A stretch of DNA of 13,610 bases. Source: Candidatus Aenigmatarchaeota archaeon. GTDB lineage: Archaea > Aenigmatarchaeota > Aenigmatarchaeia > GW2011-AR5 > JACRMX01. Shown here one piece after another: positions 1 to 6,919 of this stretch. The stretch covers positions 1-13,610 of the forward strand of contig JACRMX010000023.1 of NCBI GenBank assembly GCA_016219485.1, written 5' to 3'. Position 1 is the stretch's first letter. Each line of letters starts with the position of its first letter. The position numbers and the translations under genes were made by a program. The notes beneath the pieces were generated by a model. That model was given only the letters and a program-made list of their open reading frames with translations. It was not told where the DNA came from and made no database searches.

Positions 1-747
1 CTCTGCCTTCCCTTTTATGTCATCCACTACATTCTTTGCAACCGAAAGTGCATACCTCATGTGTCTTGGGTCAACCTTTGCCATTGTCGAGTTCGCAACT
101 AAATTTATGGCTTCTGGAGAAATTGTATTGAAAAGTCCCATTATATTTGACAGCTTGCTGGAAAGCGCAAGCTTTATATCGTGCTCCCACTCTTCCTTGC
201 TGGCATAAAGCCTTTTGTCAAAAAGGTAAAGACCTCCGTCCAGGAATGATGTCATGCCATCGATGAACATGCTTAAGTTATTTTTATGGCTGCCTGGGAT
301 GTCTATGTGGATCAGCTTCTTTCCAGCATCTTCTAACTTTAATTGATCACCGAGCGGATTGCAGTAAGCTGTTATCCCGTGCATCCTCATAAAGGCGAAC
401 ATAAAGTCAGAAAGCAATTTGTCATCGCAATAAATAGCAACGCTATCATTTCCGGTAGGATTTAAGGAAGCAAAGATTTCAATTTCACCGTGCTCATTGA
501 TTAGTGCAGGCACCATGTTAAGCATATTATGCTTAATTACTATAGCCTTGTTCAGTCTGCTCAAATTTTTTGCTATATCAGGGTCTGGAGAGAAAACAGC
601 GATGCTTTTGTTGTCAGCTGTATCAATGTTATCGGATATTGTATAGTTATAGTATTCAGTAACATTTTCATCCCTAATACTGTCCCTTTTTATAACACGC
701 CCCACTGCAACTTTAAGTTCATCTACAGGTTTTGGGAACTTGTACAT
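1..747 (-). CDS. Hypothetical protein, N-terminal 249 codons only; the gene continues past the left edge of the window. Last gene seen in the regulator-gvpF-gvpG operon.
   Basis: I checked the minus-strand frame from the ATG at 745-747 (MYKFPKPVDELKVAVGRVIKRDSIRDENV...) codon by codon and found no stop down to position 1. It starts 10 nt after the stop of the upstream 135-aa gene. The ORF track lists only complete ORFs, which is why it is absent there. I recognise no family. Confidence 0.5.
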   Translation of the reverse strand, partial: MYKFPKPVDELKVAVGRVIKRDSIRDENVTEYYNYTISDNIDTADNKSIAVFSPDPDIAKNLSRLNKAIVIKHNMLNMVPALINEHGEIEIFASLNPTGNDSVAIYCDDKLLSDFMFAFMRMHGITAYCNPLGDQLKLEDAGKKLIHIDIPGSHKNNLSMFIDGMTSFLDGGLYLFDKRLYASKEEWEHDIKLALSSKLSNIMGLFNTISPEAINLVANSTMAKVDPRHMRYALSVAKNVVDDIKGKAE

Positions 748-757
748 AATCTTCACT

Positions 758-1165
758 TCACTCTCGGTGATCAACTAGCCCAAACCTCTTTCCATAAATT
801 CTCTTTCTTGTTGTTATCGCACCCGAGTATTTCGGCTTCTGAGGCACACTGGACCAGTTCGCAGGGTTTCTTAGCATTTTCGCATACTTAGGCGAGGGCA
901 TAAGCGATTGTGAAAGCGGGTTAAGATTCTTCTCTCTGCCTTCTTTTTTCTTAGCCATATTCCTTTCATTGGCCTGCACCCTCTCCTCATACCGCTGCCG
1001 CATATACATCAATTTCATTCTCACATTATCGCGCCATTTCTCAATTCTTCTTCTCATTTCAAGGTTGATTATTCTTCGCGGCTTTTCTTTTCTCCCTAAG
1101 CGAATCGAACTAAGGCTTCTCCTGCCCGTACTCCCCTTTCCTATGTCTGAAGACCTGTCAGCCAT
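758..1165 (-). CDS. Small, highly basic Arg/Lys-rich protein (135 aa) of unknown function, co-operonic with gvpF/gvpG.
   Basis: ATG at 1163-1165 is preceded by GAGGTGA (rc of 1169-1175), a strong SD-like site. It begins 9 nt after the gvpG stop. Composition is extreme R/K/E (e.g. RRRIEKWRDNVRMKLMYMRQRYEERVQANERNMAKKKEGREK). No family recognised. Confidence 0.5.
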   Translation of the reverse strand: MADRSSDIGKGSTGRRSLSSIRLGRKEKPRRIINLEMRRRIEKWRDNVRMKLMYMRQRYEERVQANERNMAKKKEGREKNLNPLSQSLMPSPKYAKMLRNPANWSSVPQKPKYSGAITTRKRIYGKRFGLVDHRE

Positions 1166-1174
1166 GCTATCACC

Positions 1175-1468
1175 TCATAACAATAGACCTGTGCTAAACT
1201 GGCCTATGTTAATATCATTTACCCTCTGTGCTATTCTTAATTTCTCTGCCAGCTCTGAAGTTCTCTTTTTATACTCTTCTCTTGGCAATTCTCCAAGTTC
1301 GTATAGTAATGCAATCTCCTTTATTTCGTTCTGTGTTTTTTTCAAAGGATATAATTCCTGCAAGGAATTTTTATGTACAGCACGAAAGCTCATCATGATA
1401 AGATTCGGCAGAGGTTCGAAACCAGCCAGGCTTAACGGTAATAAAAATACATCGTCTATGACAAACAT
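1175..1468 (-). CDS. gvpG: Gas vesicle protein GvpG. The ORF track extends to 1519 with a GTG; the likely true start is the ATG at 1466-1468.
   Basis: MFVIDDVFLLPL... at the N-terminus and ...LYELGELPREEYKKRTSELAEKL fit the GvpG family pattern. The ATG at 1466-1468 overlaps the gvpF TAA (TAATG) and is preceded by GGAGGAGAAGG (rc of 1471-1481). Position directly after gvpF is the canonical one. Confidence 0.65.
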   Translation of the reverse strand: MFVIDDVFLLPLSLAGFEPLPNLIMMSFRAVHKNSLQELYPLKKTQNEIKEIALLYELGELPREEYKKRTSELAEKLRIAQRVNDINIGQFSTGLLL

Positions 1469-2124
1469 TACCTTCTCCTCCCCATTATTCTTATATCCAC
1501 GAAATTGTACGGGGGCCACGGCCCGGAATATTTAATTTTACATTCTTTGTATTTCTGCCCTAGCCTTTCCACCTCTTCTGAAAATTTCTCTATGTCTCTT
1601 TTGTCAACCAAAAATGATTTGTTGTAAAGCAACCTGTCAGAAAACAGCTCGCCTCTTCGAACTTCGACGACAATCCTGTCCAAAACTGCAAAATCCTCTT
1701 CTTTTACAGCTTGGGTCATTTCTTGTGGAATACCCGTGTCTAAAGGAATGTCTTCTTTTACATCTTTACCTTCTTTTGGGGCAACAACCTTCACACCGAG
1801 CTCTATTTTATTGTCTATTAGTCTGAGGCTCCTTTTTAGAATGGGATAAACATTCCTCATTGTGTTTACCAGAATGCCTTTTGTTCTGAATACCATCCCA
1901 AATGCTACTGGCAAAACTGTATGCTCTTTCAGAAGACATAGCTCAACATCCTTGTGCCTTGCCACGTTGTCATCAGTGGGCTCGTAATCTTTTAGCGGAA
2001 CCTCGCTGGCTATGGCGCATAAATCATGATACGGCAGAGCATAAGGCCTGCCGCCTTCTATACCCTCTTCAGGAAACCCGTTTAGTTTGGTTCTGTTTAT
2101 TATGCAGTAGAGATATTCAGCCAT
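1468..2124 (-). CDS. gvpF: Gas vesicle protein GvpF (GvpF/GvpL family).
   Basis: N-terminal EYLYCII (YxYG-like) and C-terminal FSDRLLYNKSFLVD...YSGPWPPYNFVDIRIMG closely match haloarchaeal GvpF (FTDRLIINKSYLVD...YTGPWPPYNFVDIHIG). The ATG at 2122-2124 lies 2 nt after the stop of the upstream regulator gene. Confidence 0.9.
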   Translation of the reverse strand: MAEYLYCIINRTKLNGFPEEGIEGGRPYALPYHDLCAIASEVPLKDYEPTDDNVARHKDVELCLLKEHTVLPVAFGMVFRTKGILVNTMRNVYPILKRSLRLIDNKIELGVKVVAPKEGKDVKEDIPLDTGIPQEMTQAVKEEDFAVLDRIVVEVRRGELFSDRLLYNKSFLVDKRDIEKFSEEVERLGQKYKECKIKYSGPWPPYNFVDIRIMGRRR

Positions 2125-2126
2125 GG

Positions 2127-3143
2127 CTATTCCTTCTTTTCATAGAGCAAAGATATGCTTTCCACGCCCTGTATGTTCGAGCGTAGGAACATGTTCAGGA
2201 AATTCTTTGCCTGCATGTGATCGTTTAGCATACGGGTTATCCGTTCTCTATCAATAACTGTGTATATCCTTACCTTCTCGAATCCGAGCTTGCTCTGTAG
2301 AAGACCTTCCTTTTCAAGCTTATGTAGCAGCGGGTATAGCGTGCCTGAAGAAAGCAAAACATGAAAGTTATCGTATATTCTCTTTTTTATATTAATTCCG
2401 CATATAGGCTCTTTGGAAACCATAGCAAGAATAATCGTCTTCAATTCGTCTTTCACAAATTTTTCAAAAAAGCCGTTGGTGGTATTTGCTAAAGAGGGTC
2501 CTGTGTCTAGCATATTATTGTCCTTGATTATAATGGCCTTAGAGTGCTTCTCTACTATTCTCCTACAATCGTCCTTGCCTAATTTGGTGATGTCGTACAT
2601 GCAGAGTACAGCGTCGCAATGCAATTTGCTGAGAACTTTTTCCCTCTCTTCGTAATTGAGAAAGCTTTCAGCATTATTAAACCCTATCTTTTTCCTTTTG
2701 TGTACAACCTCATGTTTTAGCGTTTTCGTCGGCTTTGGCTCCAGTGACCTGACCTGTATAGGAGAAGTGCAATCTATTATTATTGTGCCAAAGTCGCCAT
2801 TTCCACTCTTCTTCCCTTCGCCCCCCCCCCTCTCCAACCAGAAAAATTTATTAATGTTCTCTATGGAAGGGTTGATTATTGTCAGTTTTCCAACTTTATA
2901 GTCTATTAGGATTTCCCTTACCTTTTCTAAATTCTCGTCTGTAATCAAAAGGGCATTAGTATTTCTGCCGGACAAGAACTGGACGTAAATTTTATATTTG
3001 TCCGTTTCTGGTGTATATAAATATAAAATATGCCCATTCCCGGACAAGAGATGATTCGTAGATTCGTTAATATTGTCAAAGGTTACTAAATGCTCATTGC
3101 ACAACTTATTTTCTGATGCCCACATATTTTCCAATGCCCACAC
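2127..3143 (-). CDS. Fused transcriptional regulator: N-terminal MEDS-like sensory domain plus C-terminal PadR-type winged helix. Start is either GTG 3143 or ATG 3125.
   Basis: C-terminus has the PadR signature GTLYPLLHKLEKEGLL. The N-terminal ~200 aa has MEDS-like motifs (HILYLY...E, DAVLCMYDITKL...H). The stop is 2 nt before the gvpF ATG, so translation looks coupled. It contains a G10 tract encoding Gly-Gly-Gly. Confidence 0.6.
   Translation of the reverse strand: MWALENMWASENKLCNEHLVTFDNINESTNHLLSGNGHILYLYTPETDKYKIYVQFLSGRNTNALLITDENLEKVREILIDYKVGKLTIINPSIENINKFFWLERGGGEGKKSGNGDFGTIIIDCTSPIQVRSLEPKPTKTLKHEVVHKRKKIGFNNAESFLNYEEREKVLSKLHCDAVLCMYDITKLGKDDCRRIVEKHSKAIIIKDNNMLDTGPSLANTTNGFFEKFVKDELKTIILAMVSKEPICGINIKKRIYDNFHVLLSSGTLYPLLHKLEKEGLLQSKLGFEKVRIYTVIDRERITRMLNDHMQAKNFLNMFLRSNIQGVESISLLYEKKE
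2821..2830. repeat. C10/G10 homopolymeric tract inside the regulator CDS.
   Basis: cccccccccc at 2821-2830. The minus strand reads AGG GGG GGG GGC, giving R-G-G-G in the ORF (WLERGGGEGKK). This is very unusual in the AT-rich sequence here. Confidence 0.95.
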
Positions 3144-3429
3144 CCCATGTCTTGCAATTCATTAACAAAATATTGCAGAGAGAATATCGAAATTTGACTC
3201 GAAAAAATGATTCATATATTTAATTGTGAAAGATGGTATATATAGTTTTTCCAGACGCATTTCCTGTGTCGAACATCGATACGAAATACGACTCTGCATA
3301 TCAGCTTAATAAGTGAACCAACAATTCGTGAAAAGATTTCCTGCGGTTTTTAAGGGACAAAATACCTAATGTAAAGAGTTTACCTGTTGGCTTTTATTAC
3401 TAGCTAAGGCAAATGCCGGCTAGAAGAAA

Positions 3430-3714
3430 TTATTTTTCTTCTTCAGAATGCGTATAAGGTACGCCGCGTCTTCTTGTATTAAGTCTTCTATAGCTTAGAA
3501 TTTTATTGCCACCCTCAGTGATAACAACCTCGTATTCTCCTATCAAATCTTGGCTGCTTGGAACAGCTCTTCTTTCCAGCATCTCAATATTAATCTGCCA
3601 ATTTTTTCCAACCTGCTTGGCGCTTATAATACCGAGCGATTCTTTCTTCAGCGTATCTTTCATCAGGCTGCTTGCCATTTCATTAATTTTAACAAGTTCG
3701 TTCATAAAAATCAC
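3430..3714 (-). CDS. Small hypothetical protein (91-94 aa) ending the gvpA-gvpN operon. Start is GTG 3714 overlapping the upstream stop, or ATG 3705.
   Basis: ORF MIFMNELVKINEMASSLMKDTLKK...YEVVITEGGNKILSYRRLNTRRRGVPY. Start-stop overlap or 5-nt spacing with the paralog gene. No family recognised. Confidence 0.45.
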   Translation of the reverse strand: MIFMNELVKINEMASSLMKDTLKKESLGIISAKQVGKNWQINIEMLERRAVPSSQDLIGEYEVVITEGGNKILSYRRLNTRRRGVPYTHSEEEK

Positions 3715-4058
3715 GGAATGTAAACATAGTCGTTTTCGAGTCTTACTTGTGCGCCAATCCAGTCTTTCAGCGACCCCTTCACATTATAGCTTTCCAGATT
3801 CTCTACATTGAAATAATATTTTAGGAATTGCGCCAGCTTATTCCTTCTGAACTGACCAGCCTTGCTAAAAGCCTTGGGGTCAAAGCTACCATCAGCTTTT
3901 AGGCATGTAAAAAACATCTCTTTTATCTCCTTGTCAGCAGTTTTGACTTTTATGATAATAACATCAGTATCATTTCCAATTCTCTTAGGCTTCTTCTTCC
4001 ATAGGTCGTAGACGCTGTATAGCTTTGCCTCTTTGATAAGTCCGTGGTTTGTTATCAT
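3711..4058 (-). CDS. Hypothetical protein, paralog 2 of a tandem pair (115 aa).
   Basis: Clearly similar to the 4144-4500 product: both share a KLY(D/S)VYDLWKKKP...DTD.I..KVK....EIKE.FFTCLK.DG.F. K..SK....RNKLA.FL.YYF...E.YN.K....DW.G..V pattern. ATG at 4056-4058. Confidence 0.5.
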   Translation of the reverse strand: MITNHGLIKEAKLYSVYDLWKKKPKRIGNDTDVIIIKVKTADKEIKEMFFTCLKADGSFDPKAFSKAGQFRRNKLAQFLKYYFNVENLESYNVKGSLKDWIGAQVRLENDYVYIP

Positions 4059-4143
4059 GAATTAAATTCGGCCAAAAGGTTTATAAAACTTCTTTTTACA
4101 TATCGGAATTCGACATACATAAAAAAACTTGTTGCTATGGGGA

Positions 4144-4500
4144 TTATTGCTTTTTAACAGTAAGGGGAATAAATATTCTATCGTCCTTTATTTGTACACG
4201 TCGACCTTTCCAGTCCTTTATATTTTCCTTTAGATTATACTCCTCTGGGTTTGTGTCAAAATAGTACATGAGAAATCGTGCAAGCTTATTTCTCATGGCG
4301 GCACTTCTTTTGCTTGGGGTTTTTGTTGAAAAGGTTCCATCCCCTTTCAGACAGGTGAAGAATGTTTCTTTTATTTCTTTGTTTCCGCTCTTCACTTTTA
4401 CTACTATAGCGTCTGTGTCATTGAAAGCGACCTGGCGTGGTTTCTTCTTCCATAAGTCGTATACATCATATAATTTAGCATCAACAATAACAGCATCCAT
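4144..4500 (-). CDS. Hypothetical protein, paralog 1 of a tandem pair. The ORF track starts at TTG 4512; the likely start is ATG 4498-4500.
   Basis: Paralogous to the 3711-4058 product (see that entry). The ATG at 4498-4500 is preceded by GGGTG (rc of 4506-4510), which is SD-like. No family recognised. Confidence 0.5.
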   Translation of the reverse strand: MDAVIVDAKLYDVYDLWKKKPRQVAFNDTDAIVVKVKSGNKEIKETFFTCLKGDGTFSTKTPSKRSAAMRNKLARFLMYYFDTNPEEYNLKENIKDWKGRRVQIKDDRIFIPLTVKKQ

Positions 4501-4545
4501 CAAAACACCCAATTTCTTAATATCTTAATAGCTGAAAACATTACA

Positions 4546-4950
4546 TTATATGTAAACGACCTCAGGTCTTGGTATGCTGGGCGAGAATGGCATCCTCCTG
4601 CCACCCCATTTCCATGATCTCTTATCCCATCTCACCAATTTCTTATCAAACCCAGAAAGTTTGGCATTCCAGTTTGAAGCGTAGATGACCTCCCTTCTTC
4701 TCCACCGGCTCTGCCATTTGAGTGCTCTCTTTGCCATTCTTGCTTCTGATCTTTCTGCCCTTCTATCCCACTTCAAGGCAAGCTTATTTGCACGCAAATC
4801 CCATTTTATACTCCAAGAAGAAACCTTTGCCTTGTAGCCTGCTTCATATTTTACTCTTTTAGCTAGCCATTTTGTGCTTATCCTGGCATTCTTGGCATCC
4901 TGCTTTAAATGCCTCATTTCAATTTTTCTTGCTAATCTATTTTGCAGCAT
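4546..4950 (-). CDS. Very basic Trp/Lys/Arg-rich repetitive protein (134 aa) immediately downstream of gvpN.
   Basis: The ATG at 4948-4950 is 2 nt after the gvpN TAA (TAATTATG). The sequence has repeated W-x3-W / KW(D/Q) elements: WSIKWDLRANKLALKWDRRAE...ALKWQSRWRRRE...LVRWDKRSWKWGGRR. No family recognised. Confidence 0.5.
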   Translation of the reverse strand: MLQNRLARKIEMRHLKQDAKNARISTKWLAKRVKYEAGYKAKVSSWSIKWDLRANKLALKWDRRAERSEARMAKRALKWQSRWRRREVIYASNWNAKLSGFDKKLVRWDKRSWKWGGRRMPFSPSIPRPEVVYI

Positions 4951-4952
4951 AA

Positions 4953-5978
4953 TTATAACATTTTTTGAATTCGCTCCTTTATCAATAATCTTTTTTTGGC
5001 TACATCATCAAAACCTAAGAATTTTGATGACATGGCATCAACACATACTTCTTCGAGATAATCTTTACCAAAACCGTTAGTTGCCTGTAAGGCCTGCCCG
5101 ATCATTATTGCTATCCTTGTTCCAGGTTTTTCTACACCGCCTAAAATGTTTCGCAGTTCCCTTACTACATCGACAATCTTCTCAGCCCGCGCTTTCGGCA
5201 GGCCCGAATGAGCTTGAACTATCTTTACCTCTGTATCCCTGTTGTAATAATCCATATGTATTGTTGCAATCCTGTCTAGCAATGCATCCTGCGGCTTGTG
5301 GACGCCTGCGTACTCCATATTATTTGAAGTCAGCAACAATGAGAAATCCGGGTGAACTTTGATGTACCTATCTTCGCCGAACTTAGTTGGCAGTTCCAAT
5401 ACACCCTCTTCCAGAACAGAAAGCAGGATGTTGTTTGCCTCAGGCCTGCTCCTTGAGAATTCATTATAAATTAATGTATAGCCATACTGGCACGCAAGTG
5501 TCAGAGGATTAGAAACCCATCTTGCTTCCATCGTATCTTTATCCTTGAAGACATTGTGAATAAATTTATCCCTTATGGTGGTCATCTCTATCTTTGAATA
5601 GCCGCCGATCAGGTTAGTGGTATTAATGGCTTCATCACCATTAACCCATACAGAAGGCTTTCCGAGCAAATTGGCAGCCTGCAAGGCTAGTGCAGTTTTC
5701 CCGCATCCTGTAGGACCAATAATGTGTACAGGATAGCCAGTCTTTAGCCATAGGAGGATTTTGCCTATATACCTTTTGACTTCGTCTGTCTCAATAAAAT
5801 TTTTCGGCACTGGTGACAAGAATTTTGCTTCGATATCTTCCCTTACTGTAGCAAGCTGGACTTCTCTGACATCTTCCTGTTCGCGTTGTCTAGTAAGTAT
5901 TGTAAGCTTTTTCTCAGCTATGGCTTGGTGAACAGCTCCACCTCTAACTTTTCGCGGATGTTCTGGAACATATTTCAT
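4953..5978 (-). CDS. gvpN: Gas vesicle protein GvpN (AAA+ ATPase).
   Basis: Walker A GPTGCGKT, overall AAA+ layout, ~340 aa, and a position downstream of gvpA. The ATG at 5976-5978 is preceded by AAGAGGA (rc of 5983-5989). Confidence 0.88.
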   Translation of the reverse strand: MKYVPEHPRKVRGGAVHQAIAEKKLTILTRQREQEDVREVQLATVREDIEAKFLSPVPKNFIETDEVKRYIGKILLWLKTGYPVHIIGPTGCGKTALALQAANLLGKPSVWVNGDEAINTTNLIGGYSKIEMTTIRDKFIHNVFKDKDTMEARWVSNPLTLACQYGYTLIYNEFSRSRPEANNILLSVLEEGVLELPTKFGEDRYIKVHPDFSLLLTSNNMEYAGVHKPQDALLDRIATIHMDYYNRDTEVKIVQAHSGLPKARAEKIVDVVRELRNILGGVEKPGTRIAIMIGQALQATNGFGKDYLEEVCVDAMSSKFLGFDDVAKKRLLIKERIQKML

Positions 5979-6125
5979 ATCAGAATCCTCTTATTTTATT
6001 GTAACTTTACCCCTACATCTTTGCTTCTAGATGTGTTCATCCGGCTTCCTACCATTGTATCGTTAGTTGGATACCCTGCGAGCCTAGTGGCGTTGAACAT
6101 GCTCATAAAAAATAAAAGCAGGCGA

Positions 6126-6497
6126 TTAGCCCCAAAAATTCTTTATGTACTCTTGCAGTGTCGTGGCTTGATAGTTCTGGATTTTCGTTGCGAAATTGTT
6201 AATCTTTGTCACAACCTTTCTTGAACCTGCGTTTATCTCTCTTACTGCGGCTTTATTTACCTTTTCCTGTTCTTTTATTGTCTGCTGAAATAATGCGATT
6301 TTGTTGTGCACTTCCTGCACGCCTTTGTACATATTTGCAGCTGCTGCAGCATTCTCTTTTTCCTGCGCTCGTATATCATCCACTAACTTGCTCACGCTTG
6401 TCGCCATAACTCGAACACCCGCTTGCATTGTCTTATAGGTTTCTCTAATCGCTGCCTGTTTTGCTCTAACGCTCCCTGCTACAAGTGGATCAGCCAT
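6126..6497 (-). CDS. Helical Ala/Lys/Gln-rich protein (123 aa) with ~33-residue periodicity, between gvpA and gvpN. Candidate GvpC/GvpO-like accessory protein.
   Basis: The ATG at 6495-6497 is preceded by AGGTGA and lies 13 nt after the gvpA stop. Segments KQAAIRETYKTMQAGVRVMATSVSK and KAAVREINAGSRKVVTKINNFATK are 66 residues apart (2 x 33), with a weaker middle copy (AAAAANMYKGVQEV...). The family assignment is uncertain. Confidence 0.55.
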   Translation of the reverse strand: MADPLVAGSVRAKQAAIRETYKTMQAGVRVMATSVSKLVDDIRAQEKENAAAAANMYKGVQEVHNKIALFQQTIKEQEKVNKAAVREINAGSRKVVTKINNFATKIQNYQATTLQEYIKNFWG

Positions 6498-6510
6498 TTA
6501 ATCACCTGCC

Positions 6511-6735
6511 TTAAGCTTTAGCAGGTGCTGCGATGGCCGCTTGCTCAACCTTTGTTATCTCTTCTGCGTAGTGCAGGTATGTGTCAACGCTTGCCACTAC
6601 AACTCTCGCTTCTATAGTGACTATCTCTATTCCCACCAAGTTTACTCTTGCCCATGCATCTACAACCAAACCCTTGTCAAGGATTCGGTCGATAACTTCT
6701 GCAAGACTTGCTGTATCTGGCGCTTGATTTACCAT
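6511..6735 (-). CDS. gvpA: Gas vesicle structural protein GvpA.
   Basis: [45 protein letters not shown] is the hallmark GvpA core. 74 aa. The ATG at 6733-6735 is preceded by GAGGTG. Confidence 0.95.
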   Translation of the reverse strand: MVNQAPDTASLAEVIDRILDKGLVVDAWARVNLVGIEIVTIEARVVVASVDTYLHYAEEITKVEQAAIAAPAKA

Positions 6736-6760
6736 ATTTTCTACACCTCATATTTTTATT

Positions 6761-6768
6761 TTATATAA
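6761..6768 (-). promoter_or_regulatory. TATA-like box (TTATATAA) about 26-33 nt upstream of the gvpA ATG.
   Basis: AT-rich TATA-like element at the expected archaeal distance upstream of gvpA. It implies a very short leader. Confidence 0.3.
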
Positions 6769-6896
6769 GTTGCCCCCAATTCCTTCTGCAATTAAATGAT
6801 GCGTCTGCATCACTTTATTTAATGCAGTATAAAATTGCACAACCCTTTTAATTATATTGCAATCCGTTCAATATAAACATAAGCAAAAAATCGATG

Positions 6897-6919
6897 TCCG
6901 TATCGGATTTCGATACGCA
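6897..6919. promoter_or_regulatory. Inverted repeat CGTATCG-gattt-CGATACG in the gvpA upstream region.
   Basis: Seen directly. A related CGATACGaaATACGA element lies at 3276-3291, upstream of the regulator gene. Confidence 0.3.

Noticed and set aside
17-891. Plus-strand ORFs 17-208 and 529-891
   Set aside because: They lie antisense to a continuous 249-codon minus-strand reading frame with a good start context. They are short and have no recognisable features. They are probably shadow ORFs.
969-1535. Plus-strand 188-aa ORF
   Set aside because: It overlaps gvpG and the 135-aa gene on the opposite strand. The product is low-complexity and Leu/Ser/Phe-rich, typical of an antisense frame through AT-rich coding sequence.
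1614-2186. Plus-strand ORFs antisense to gvpF
   Set aside because: The minus-strand frame encodes an unmistakable GvpF, so these are shadow ORFs.
2413-2901. Plus-strand 80-aa and 81-aa ORFs inside the regulator gene
   Set aside because: They are antisense to an ORF with a PadR signature. The second one is opened by the C10 tract read as Pro.
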